Assembly: GCA_951406725.2 (NCBI GenBank)
Contig: OX597818.1
Location: 38,750,001 to 38,814,000 of the forward strand
Direction: 5' to 3'
DNA from: Octopus vulgaris
Lineage: Eukaryota
Length of the DNA: 64,000 nt
A program made the position numbers and the translations under genes. The number at the start of each line of letters is the position of its first letter. Position 1 is the first letter of the stretch. Below are positions 52,205 to 64,000 of this stretch, piece after piece. The notes under the pieces were generated by a model. That model ran no database searches, was not told the origin of the DNA, and was given only the letters and a program-made list of their open reading frames with translations.

Positions 52205-52976
52205 CGAAGAAATGAAAACTTATCAATAAGACATTTTAACAGAAAATGATGGATATGTATAGTGATTAACTGAACGCTATTAATATTGTTTCAAAAAAAC
52301 GTTATAGGATATAACGTCAGAGGTAGCCTATAGAAATAATACCAGTGATATCTTCGAAACGTGTCAGAAGTAAAAGAATTTGAATAACACTTGCGTTAAA
52401 CTCTATTTATTTATATATATTATACTAAAAAATTTCACATAAACCCGAAGTTTCTACCTTTAAAAACAAGGAATTAAAACCTATTTACTTGTGTGATTTT
52501 TTGCTACCTTGGTAAAGGGGAAAATACACACATCTATTTATATATATATATATCATATTAAATTAGAGATAAAACCACTATTAGGCAAATCAAACAGTGA
52601 AAAACATAAGCCAATACATAAAATTAATTTTAAAATATAAAAGTTAAAAATAAAAAATTATTTAAATAATTTAAACTTATAAATTTTATATATATATACA
52701 AATATATATATATGTATGTATGTATATTTTTATATTTATATATTTATTTTATTAATTAATTAATTAATTAATTAATTTATTAATTTTTTTATTTTTTATT
52801 ATAAATATCAAAAGTATTAAGAGTTTAATAAAAGATAAAGAGTATATCTAAATATACATCCTATGATCCCCATTGAAAGTTTTATACCAAAATTTATCCA
52901 TAAAATAATACTCAGTTTGTTGGAATATTCTGTATACTTAACACATTATAATATCATGGTATATCTTTTTTTTATG

Positions 52977-53058
52977 CCTCTGATGAGATTGTGCTTTATA
53001 AAATGATTTAATTATTATAATTAAAATCTTTAGAGTACAAATTGAAACAGCTGTAAGG
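52977..53058 (+). ncRNA. Type I hammerhead ribozyme fold
   Basis: CCT-CTGATGA-long stem II (TTGTGCTTTA/TAGAGTACAA)-GAAA-CAGCTG-TA-AGG; palindromic ACAGCTGT stem III, GUA site. Confidence 0.72.
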
Positions 53059-53499
53059 GATTATGTTATTTTTTGCAGTTAATAAATGTACATATTAATT
53101 GATTTATCTCCATTTTCTTATTTTTCTTGAATTAATATAACCCTTGGTTTATCTAATTACCTATTGTTTATGAGTATTATTATTAATATTCACAACAAAT
53201 ATTAGGTAATGAACCAGTAATTCATTGGATATTACTATCCCTTCATGATGCTTAATTAACCTCATATATACATATATATATATATATGATGCGGCTATCC
53301 CGAAAGGGATGATGTTACTGTTGTTTTAGCCCCAAGAAACATCATTTCTAGCTGGCTATACAACCCCTGTCTGTGTCCTTGTTTTTTTGAACAGGGAGGC
53401 CAGCACTCCCATCTAGTGCAAAACAACATCTGCGGACTAGTTTCTGGGTTATTGATCTTTATCAAGACAGACTAGCTGCTTGGCCAGATAGTGTTGCGG

Positions 53500-55024
<1,525 letters not shown>

Positions 55025-55039
55025 TTATTATATAGAAGG

Positions 55040-55090
55040 AGCTTCTACAGGACTAGTACTGTTTCATTCAAGAGAAATCTTCAGGAAGCT
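55040..55090 (-). ncRNA. Hammerhead ribozyme fold, left palindrome arm
   Basis: Reverse complement of 55532-55582. Confidence 0.62.
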
Positions 55091-55531
55091 ATTTAACAAG
55101 AATTGTATTAGCATTTATACATTTAGGCAGGTTTAAAGGAGTGGTGGTGGGGGACTTTTTTGGGGGTAGGCATAGCGCAAAATATCATACTTGGGGGAGT
55201 GGTCAAGGAGTCAGTGGTAAGTTAGATGAAAGAATAGATAAATATTATTTTTTTATTTTTATATATATATATTTTTTTTTATTTTATTTTTTTATTTTAT
55301 TATTTTATTTTTTTATTTTTTTTTTTAATTTTTTTTTTTTTATTCTATTATTTTATTATTTTATTTTTTTATTTTTTTATTTATCTATTCTTTCATCTAA
55401 CTTACCACTGACTCCTTGACCACTCCCCCAAGTATGATATTTTGCGCTATGCCTACCCCAAAAAAAGTCCCCCACCACCACTCCTTTAAACCTGCCTAAA
55501 TGTATAAATGCTAATACAATTCTTGTTAAAT

Positions 55532-55582
55532 AGCTTCCTGAAGATTTCTCTTGAATGAAACAGTACTAGTCCTGTAGAAGCT
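55532..55582 (+). ncRNA. Hammerhead ribozyme fold, right palindrome arm
   Basis: AGCTTC-CTGAAGA-TTTC TCTT GAAT-GAAA-CAG(TACTAGTC)CTG-TA-GAAGCT; 6-bp stem I, weak stem II with U-U at the core-proximal pair. Confidence 0.62.
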
Positions 55583-55667
55583 CCTTCTATATAATAAATT
55601 AATTTTACTCTGCTATGTATTGAGTACCTTACTTACTGTGGTTAACCCCGAATCAACCCGGGACCTA

Positions 55668-56239
<572 letters not shown>

Positions 56240-56241
<2 letters not shown>

Positions 56242-56580
56242 ATCATCATCATCATCATCATCATCATTGTTTAATGTCTGTTTTCCATGCAAGCATGGGT
56301 TGGACAGTTTGACTGGGGTCTGGGAAGCCAGGAGGCTGCATCAGGCTCCCGTCTGATCTGGCAGTGTTTCTACAGCTGGATGCCCTTCCTAATGCCAACC
56401 ACTCCGTGAGTGTAGTGGGTGCTTTTTACATGCCACCGGCACAGGTGCCAGGGGAGGCTGGCAACGGCCATGATCAGTTGGTGCCTTTTACATGCTACCG
56501 GCATGGAAGCCAGTCAAGGTGGTGCTGGCATCGACCACGTACGGCTGGTGCTTTTTACATGCCACTGGCTCAGGTGCCAG
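56240..56580 (-). mobile_element. Family A repeat
   Basis: (CAT)n followed by the core; further copies at 22320-22636, 30150-30447, 44157-44403, 47541-47815, 61220-61560. Confidence 0.8.
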
Positions 56581-56916
56581 GGGGTATATATATGTATCTA
56601 GATAGATAGATGTGTGTGTGTGTGTGCCTTTGTGTTTATGTTTGTCCCCCATCACTGCTCGCTTGACAACTGGTGTTGGTTTATGTCTCTGTAACTTAGC
56701 AGTTTGGCAAAAGAGATCAATAGAATAAGTAGCAAGCTTAAAAAAAAAAGTACTGGTGTTGATTCATTCAACTAAAATATTCAAGGTGGTGCTGTCGTAT
56801 GACCACAGTCAAATGACTGAAACAAGTAAAAGAATAAAAGAATTACATAAGTTATACACACATGTTTATATATACCACAATACTACATATTTTAAATAGA
56901 TATTAAATTTACTTAC

Positions 56917-56991
56917 ATGCATGAGCAAGTCAAGAGCAACATTTTTCACTTTTGCACTGTCATCTTGGTTGTACTGTAATTTACAAATGCC
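56917..56991 (-). CDS. PRKDC: DNA-PKcs exon
   Basis: tttag|...|gtaagt; GICKLQYNQDDSAKVKNVALDLLMH vs human [25 protein letters not shown]; 75 nt. Confidence 0.9.
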
Positions 56992-57239
56992 CTAAATAAA
57001 ATGAAAGTAAATGATTAAAAGAAAAATAAAGAAACAAGATAAAAACCAATGTAAATGGAGAAACCTTTTAATTCCTAGGCATGTGCATTAAACTGCTGAG
57101 TTGCAAGTACTGTTGTCTATGGGAGACAAAAACTAGTGCTTCTCAAACTATCTGATGTGGTGTAGTGACAGTTTTTTTTTATGTATCACCGGGTGTCAGT
57201 CAGATGGCACTGGCATTAGCCACAACTATGATTTCACTA

Positions 57240-58140
57240 GGCTTGACAGGTCTTCTCAAGCATAGCATATCACCCAACATTTGAAAGGTGCTATTTTTAT
57301 GTGTCAGTTATGCAACAGTGGCATCGGTCATGACTACGATCTCACTTGGCTGGACAGGCCTTCTCAAGCACAGCATATCACCAAAGGTCTCGGTCACTTG
57401 TCATTACTTCCATGAGGCCCAACATTTGAAGATCATGCATCAACACCTAGTCCCATGTCTTCCAGAGTCTGCCTCTTCCACAGATTGCCCCCACCGTTAG
57501 AGTGCACCACTTCTTCACACAGCTGTCCTCATCGACAAATATCACTTGACCATATTAGTGCAGCTGTTTCACTTGCATACATCTGATGCCTCTTATGCCC
57601 AACTTTTCTCTCAGGATGCTCACACTGTCATGCATGCACACTGACATTACACATCTAGCGAAGCATACTAGCATAATTTCTTTCAGACCCATGCATGTCC
57701 TCAGCAGTCACAGTCCATGTTTCACTGCCAGATAGCATGGCTGTTTGCCACCAGGCATCATACAGTCTGCCTTTCACTCTGAGAGAGAGAGGTCCTTTTC
57801 TACCAGCAGAGGTAGGAGCTCTCTGAACTTTGCCCAGCGTATTCTTATTCTAGCAGCGACGTTCTTGGAGCATCACCCTAGCTACTGACTTGGTCACCTA
57901 GGTAACAGAAGCTATTGACTACTTCTAGTTTTCTCCACTAGCATGTGATGGAATCAATTTTCTGTACATTTTTAGTGTTAATTGTACCTGTGCACACAAA
58001 AAAACTAGTTTCCCTGTTAACCTTCCTCTGATATTGCTGTACCTTTTATGTGTCCATAGCTTACACCAGGTACATCTTATGGAGTTTCTACCTATGCCTT
58101 TACTACAGATTGAGCAGGGCCATCTACCTGAAGGGATTGT
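57240..58140 (-). mobile_element. RTE-clade LINE, degenerate 3' fragment
   Basis: Nucleotide similarity to 44720-45300, extending to the ORF end (..YAVLEK..). Confidence 0.8.
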
Positions 58141-58500
58141 GATATGTACTACATATGAAGGAAAATAAGCTTAATTTTAAATTCGCACTTCTTTACAACA
58201 TAAATCAACACAAAATTCAAATTTACATCACTCAAAACTGTGTTTGAATTGATGACGGTGAACTTACTGGACATACCATACAGACATATCTGCACAATGT
58301 AGATCAATAGTTTTAATATAAATGGTTACATGCAGGCATGGCCATGTGGTAAGAAGCTTGCTTCCCAACCATATGGTTCCTGGTTCAGTTCCACTGCATG
58401 GGCACCTTGGGTATGTGTTTTCTACTATAACCTTGGGCCAACAAAAGCCTTGTGAGTGAATTTGGTAGATAGAAACTGAAAGAAGACTGTTGTGTGTATA

Positions 58501-58535
<35 letters not shown>

Positions 58536-58922
58536 TGGTTTTCTTTCAGTTTCTGTTTACCCAGTGTGTGTGTGTGTGTGTGTGTGTGTGCATGACTGTG
58601 TGTATGTGTCTTAATGTCTGTATTTGTCCTCCCCACCAGTTGACAACTGCTTTTGGTATGTTTACCTTTATGCCCCCATAACTTAGCAGTTTGGCAAAAG
58701 AAACTGATAGAATAAGCACCAAGCTTAAAATAAATAAGTACTGGGTTTGGTCCATTCAACTGAAAATTCATCATTGTGGTGCCCCAGCATGGCCGCAGTC
58801 TAATGACTGAAACAAGTAAAAGATATAAAAGATATGCTTATATTTACAAACATTTTATGTGTTTTTTTTTAAAAATTTATTTGAATTTAGTGACAAGCAA
58901 ATATGTATTATATAAAGCTTAC

Positions 58923-59015
58923 TATGAGATCAGCAGCATATGGTTGTAGATATTCTCCAAACTTCTCTGCAACATTGATCAGCATTGTCAATACCTCATG
59001 TCGAATTTCAGAAGA
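58923..59015 (-). CDS. PRKDC: DNA-PKcs exon
   Basis: tattag|...|gtaagc; SSEIRHEVLTMLINVAEKFGEYLQPYAADLI vs human [31 protein letters not shown]; 93 nt, phase 0/0. Confidence 0.9.
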
Positions 59016-59293
59016 CTAATAATGAAAGGTAAATAAAGATAGCAGTGTGTAAGTAATTATATTTTTAGTGATGGAAATAATTTTTTTTTATTAAATCATA
59101 ATGTTATGAATAAAAAAAATGAGACTACACATCAACATGATCTACTACATAATCTTTATGCATTGACACATGTAAATGCACATATGTATGCATGCACTCA
59201 CACATAAACAAACATGCAAACAAGGAAATCAAGATGTCTCAACATGGTTACTGGCTATGCTAGAAATAGCAGCCATATTTTTCTCTAGTATTG

Positions 59294-60445
59294 CCTTTGA
59301 TCGAGATCAGCAGTACCTTTGATCGAGATCAGCAGTACCTTTGATTGAGATCAGCAGTACCGTTGATCGAGATCAGCAGTACCTTTGATCAAGATCAGTA
59401 GTACCTTTGATCTCAGTTCTGTTTGATCAAATCTGATCAGCAGTACCTTTGATTGAGATCAGCATTACCTTTGATCGAGATCAGCAGTACCTTTGATCGA
59501 GATCAGCAGTACCTTTGATCGAGATCAGCAGTACCTTTGATCGAGATCAGCAGTAACTTTGATCGAGATCAGCATTACCTTTGATCGAGATCAGCAGTAC
59601 CTTTGATCGAGATCAGCAGTACCTTTGATCGGGATCAGCAGTACCTTTGATCGAGATCAGCAGTACCTTTGATCGAGATCAGCAGTACCTTTGATCGAGA
59701 TCAGCAGTACCTTTGATCGAGATCAGCAGTACCTTTGATCGAGATCAGCAGTACCTTTGATCGAGATCAGCAGTACCTTTGATCGAGATCAGCAGTACCT
59801 TTGATCGAGATCAGCAGTACCTTTGATCGAGATCAGCAGTAACTTTGATCGAGATCAGCAGTACCTTTGATCGAGATCAGCATTACCTTTGATCGAGATC
59901 AGCAGTACCTTTGATCGAGATCAGCAGTACCTTTGATCGAGATCAGCAGTACCTTTGATCGAGATCAGCGGTACCTTTGATCGGGATCAGCAGTACCTTT
60001 GATCGAGATCAACAGTACCTTTGATCGAGATCAACAGTACCTTTGATCGAGATCAGCAGGAACTTTTGATTGAGATCAACAGTACCTTTGATCGAGATCA
60101 GCAGTACCTTTGATCGAGATCAGCAGTACCTTTGATCGAGATCAGCAGTAACTTTGATCGAGATCAGCAATACCTTTGATCGAGATCAGCAGTACCTTTG
60201 ATCGAGATCAGCAGTACCTTTGATCGAGATCAGCAGCACCTTTGATCGAGATCAGCAGCACCTTTGATCGAAATCAGCAGTACCTATGATCGAGATCAGC
60301 AGTACCTTTGATCGAGATCAGCAATACCTTTGATCGAGATCAGCAGTACCTTTGATCGACATCAGCAGTAACTTTGATCGAGATCAGCAATACCTTTGAT
60401 CGAGATCAGCAGTACCTTTGATCGAGATCAGCAGTACCTTTGATC
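59294..60445. repeat. 22-bp minisatellite, ~50 copies
   Basis: (CCTTTGATCGAGATCAGCAGTA)n with scattered variants. Confidence 0.97.
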
Positions 60446-61896
60446 TCAGTTCTGCTTGATCAAATCTGATTTCAAAAATTTGCATTAAGCCTATAGGCTC
60501 ACAAGGACAGGGCTTATTGGGATTTTCAAGCCATTTAAGCTGAGAGTACAAGACTCTTCTAACTTGAACAAGACACCAGTCTGTTGCATGGTGAGCATAG
60601 TTAACCACTGGTACCCATTTTCAGCTGCATGTGACTGGAGCAACTTACAAAGAAGTACCTTGCTCAAGCACACAATATGCTATCCGGTCCAAGAATTGAA
60701 CCTATGATCTAATGAACTCAAGGCCAACACTCTAACTGCTAGGTCATGTGTCTTCACATGGTTGACTTAGGATTAAACAATAATTGTTTTAAATTTATGT
60801 AGAAGGCCAGCAATTTTGTGGGGATAGGGTTTATTGACATCACTGACTTCTAGTTATTCATTTGTATCTTATGTCTATTGTACCTGGAAGGATAAAAACA
60901 AAATTGAACTCAGCAGGATTTGAACTCAATGTAAAAAGTTGGAAAAAAAAATATTGCAATATTGCCTGACACCCTAAGGATAAAATATTGCAAGGCATTT
61001 TGCCTGACACCTCCAAAAGACAGTCCACTCTCTTTTAGAGCAAAACAATAACAACAGTAGGAACATTGAACTGTCATTAGGAAAGTAATGCACATCCAAT
61101 AACAATGAATACAGGCTAATGAAAATTGAATATTTAGCAAATGAAGGAATGATTAAATGCCAAAATTTTCAGATTAGTGAGAAAAAGTATGTATGGAAGA
61201 ATCGATAAGTTCATCAATCATCATCATCATCATCATTATCATCATTTAACGCCCACTTTCCATGCTAGCATGGATTGGACGATTTGACTGAGGTCTGGCG
61301 AACCAGATGGCTGCACCAGGCTCCAATCTGATCTGGCAGAGTTTCTACAGCTGGATGCCCTTCCTAACGCCAACCACTCTGAGAGTGTAGTGGGTGCTTT
61401 TACGTTCCACCAGCACGAAGACCAGTCGGGCGGTACTGGCAACGGCCACGCTCAAATGGTACTTTTTACGTGCCATCTGCACAGAAGCCAGTCCAGTGCC
61501 ACTGGCAACGACCTTGCTCGAACGTTTTTTTCACATGCCATCAGCACAAGTGCCAACAAGGCAGTGTCCATTCTCCATGCTGGCATGGGTTAGATGGTTT
61601 GACTGGAACTGGAAAGCTGGAGAGATGCACTGGACTCCAGTCTGTCTTGGCTTGGTTTCTATGGCTGGATGTCCTTCCGAACACCAGCCACTCCATAGCA
61701 TGTAGTGGGTGCCTTTTACAAGTCACCAAAAACAAAAAGAAACAATAATGATTAATTTCCAAAGAGATTGGACATGGAATGGATTATACCAAGATATTTA
61801 ATGTGGGGGAAATACTGGTTCAAAATTTTGGTACAAAGCCAGCAATTTCAGAGGCGGTGGTAAGTTGATTACATTGATGCCAGTACTCAACTGGTA

Positions 61897-62100
61897 CGGC
61901 GATCTTTCGGTACAAATACCATAACTGCCAAGTCTGTTTGTTTACATTTGAAGAAGAAGATCGTAAATTTCTTTTTTTTTTATATAAGTGGGGTTAGGGT
62001 TAGGGGTGGAGGAAAAGGGTCTCTTTTTTCTTCAGAAATGTAAATAAACCCACATGGGTTTATACTTGGCAGTTATGGTACTTGTACTGAAAGATCGCCA
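61897..62100. mobile_element. MITE with ~38-bp TIRs and 6-bp TSD
   Basis: GGCGATCTTTCGGTACAAATACCATAACTGCCAAGT / ACTTGGCAGTTATGGTACTTGTACTGAAAGATCGCC, flanked by CTGGTA on both sides. Confidence 0.8.
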
Positions 62101-62163
62101 CTGGTACTTATTTAATCAACCCTGAAAGAATCATCATCATCATGACCCTTTTTTTTTTGGTCC

Positions 62164-62640
62164 CTAGTTTCAGCTCAGAGCTGCAGCCATGCTGATGCAC
62201 CGCCGTTTTGCTACACTGTTATTACTGAGAGCCTCCTCTAATATGTGGCACTTGGTGACAAATGGAGTTTGATGTAGCTACCCTCATTTGTACCTCTTAC
62301 CATGAGGTTGGTTCATCTGGGACTTTCGACTGGAAGAGGTCCAGCTTTGATTTAAAAACCCCTACATCTACTTCGTGCAGGTTCCTCAGGCTCTTTGGAA
62401 AAATATTAAAATGCTGTGGGCCCTTGAAACCCAGGCTGTTGCAGTAACTGATTCTGAAGCATGATGGCGTTGCTGGGATCTTTGGCACTATGCAGTGTCG
62501 TCCCGTTCTGGCATTGGTGTAGCTTTCAATGCAAAAATTTGGCACAATTCCTTCCAGGATCTGCATACCTCTCTCATCTTCTCTTCAGGGAGTAGAGTCT
62601 TAGCTGTTTCAACCTTTCCCAGTAGCTGAGCTGTTGCAAA
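62164..62640 (-). mobile_element. CR1/L2-like LINE 3' end
   Basis: ILEGIVPN...GPQHFNIFPKSLRNLHEVDVGVFKSKLDLFQSKVPDEP; tail GGCGGTGCATCAGCATGGCTGCAG. Confidence 0.7.
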
Positions 62641-63020
62641 GACCATTTAACATCTGCTTTTCATGCTGGCACAAGCTGGATGGTTTGACTGAGAACCAAT
62701 CTGATTTGGCAAGGTTTCAATAGCTGGATGCTCTTCCTAATGCCAACCACCCCAAGAGTGTAGTGGGTGCTTTTATGTGCCAATCATGTGGAACTGGCAT
62801 TAGTTGCACTCAAATGGTTCTTTTTATGTGCCAGTCAGGAGGCACTGGCACCGGCCAGAAAGGCAAAATCAACCACGATGGCGCTTGAACTCAGAATGTA
62901 AAGACTGATGAAATGCTGCAAACCATTTTGCCCAAAGTGCTAACGATTCTGCAAGCTTGCCACCTTACGCGGAGGAAATATTACAGACAACATGAAGTAC
63001 AGAACATTAGGGTGTTTTAC

Positions 63021-63091
63021 CTGGTCAGCATGGCTTCTGAGGAATGTGGTAATTCCTATTTCTTTATCAAACAGTAGGGTGCATACCGATT
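63021..63091 (-). CDS. PRKDC: DNA-PKcs exon (N-HEAT; first exon visible, 5' exon(s) beyond window)
   Basis: ttctag|AA TCG...CAG|gtaaaa; xSVCTLLFDKEIGITTFLRSHADQ resembles human [24 protein letters not shown]; 71 nt, ends phase 0. Confidence 0.85.
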
Positions 63092-63339
63092 CTAGAAGAT
63101 ATAAAATACATTGATTATTAAATCAGTAAAACAGATTTGTTTGTTTTGTTTCTCTCTCTGCACACACACACACACAAACATACATTATCATCATCATTTA
63201 ACCCCTTGGTATTTAATCCAGCCATAGCCAACCCAAATATTCTACCTGCTTTATGTTCAAACTGACTGGATCTGGCCTCCTACACCTACCCTACAATGTC
63301 ATTCTAAAAATAAACAATCAAGGCCAATATGAATGAATA

Positions 63340-63860
63340 CCATAAATCCTCGAGTATAATCCGCATTTTCCCCCAAAATTTAAAGGTCAAAATCCCTATT
63401 GCGTACTATATACGAGGTTAAAAATGAAAAATATTTTCTATACAATGTCCGAGTCTCTATTTGCTGTCCGGCAATGTTTATTCAGACGCATTTTGTGATG
63501 TCGGGCACGAAAATACCTTAAGCTAAGCCTGAAAGCAATGAAGTCATAAAAGAATCATCCATAACTTACAGTAAGCAACATTTATTAAAATAAAAGTATT
63601 CAGAACACAGAATAACATGTAACAAAAGCAATTTGCAAACATATTTACATTCCCATATAACAGTTAAGAACATCACCATTATTGTATTATGCATGCACAG
63701 AAGTGTTTGTTCGACTAGGTACTGCTGGCTTAATTATACATGACTTGAGTTAGAGAAGGAGTGTGTATTATACACAAGGTTTAGGTTTTTCAGAGGTACA
63801 GCCCACTAAAAATCCCCTGCGTATTATACTCAAGGGCGGACTATACTCGAAGATTTACGG
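63340..63860. mobile_element. Tc1/pogo-like MITE
   Basis: TA-flanked TIRs CCATAAATCCTCGAGTATAATCCGC / GCGGACTATACTCGAAGATTTACGG; partial copy at 10230-10400. Confidence 0.75.
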
Positions 63861-64000
63861 TAAGCATTATTTTTGATAGGGTATTCTGAATGCTATAGGA
63901 TTAATGTCTGTTTTCCATGCTGGCGTAGGTTGGATGGTTTGACAGAAACTGGCAAGTCAGAAGACTGCACCAAGCCCTGCTGTCTATTTTGGTATGGTTT

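Larger units (their letters stand above)
55023..55599. repeat. Near-perfect inverted repeat, 222-bp arms with a T-rich spacer
   Basis: 55023-55244 is the reverse complement of 55378-55599 with about one difference. Confidence 0.95.

Noticed and set aside
53429-53471. Additional active hammerhead (minus strand, GAAA-CTAG-TC)
   Set aside because: Core decayed to TTGATAA and stem II does not pair; counted only as a relic.
59294-60445. CRISPR-like array of short palindromic repeats
   Set aside because: Units are head-to-tail with no unique spacers, there are no cas genes, and the context is a eukaryotic intron.

Overview
Eukaryotic, AT-rich, repeat-dense DNA. The SINE/LINE repertoire and long (TA)n tracts suggest an octopus or other coleoid cephalopod, which is an inference. 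The whole window lies inside one minus-strand gene recognisable as DNA-PKcs (PRKDC). I traced 18 GT-AG exons in two blocks, each phase-consistent internally. Five N-terminal exons lie at 63091-46770 and 13 M-HEAT/PQR-region exons at 29902-2539. Between the blocks roughly 1,700 codons are missing and the splice phases clash, and this interval contains a 100-N assembly gap and an 11.4-kb satellite. The introns hold RTE, CR1/L2-like and R4/Dong-like LINE fragments, several SINE families, mariner/Tc1/piggyBac-like elements and MITEs, three tandem arrays (about 337, 196 and 22 bp units) and very long microsatellites. The most unusual signal is a cluster of type I hammerhead-ribozyme folds of the Penelope-like-element kind at 52.1-55.6 kb. 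Several are on the pre-mRNA strand, and two form the outer ends of a near-perfect 222-bp-arm palindrome. Most ORFs in the supplied track are microsatellite or SINE artefacts. All comparisons with human PRKDC are from memory, not from a search.
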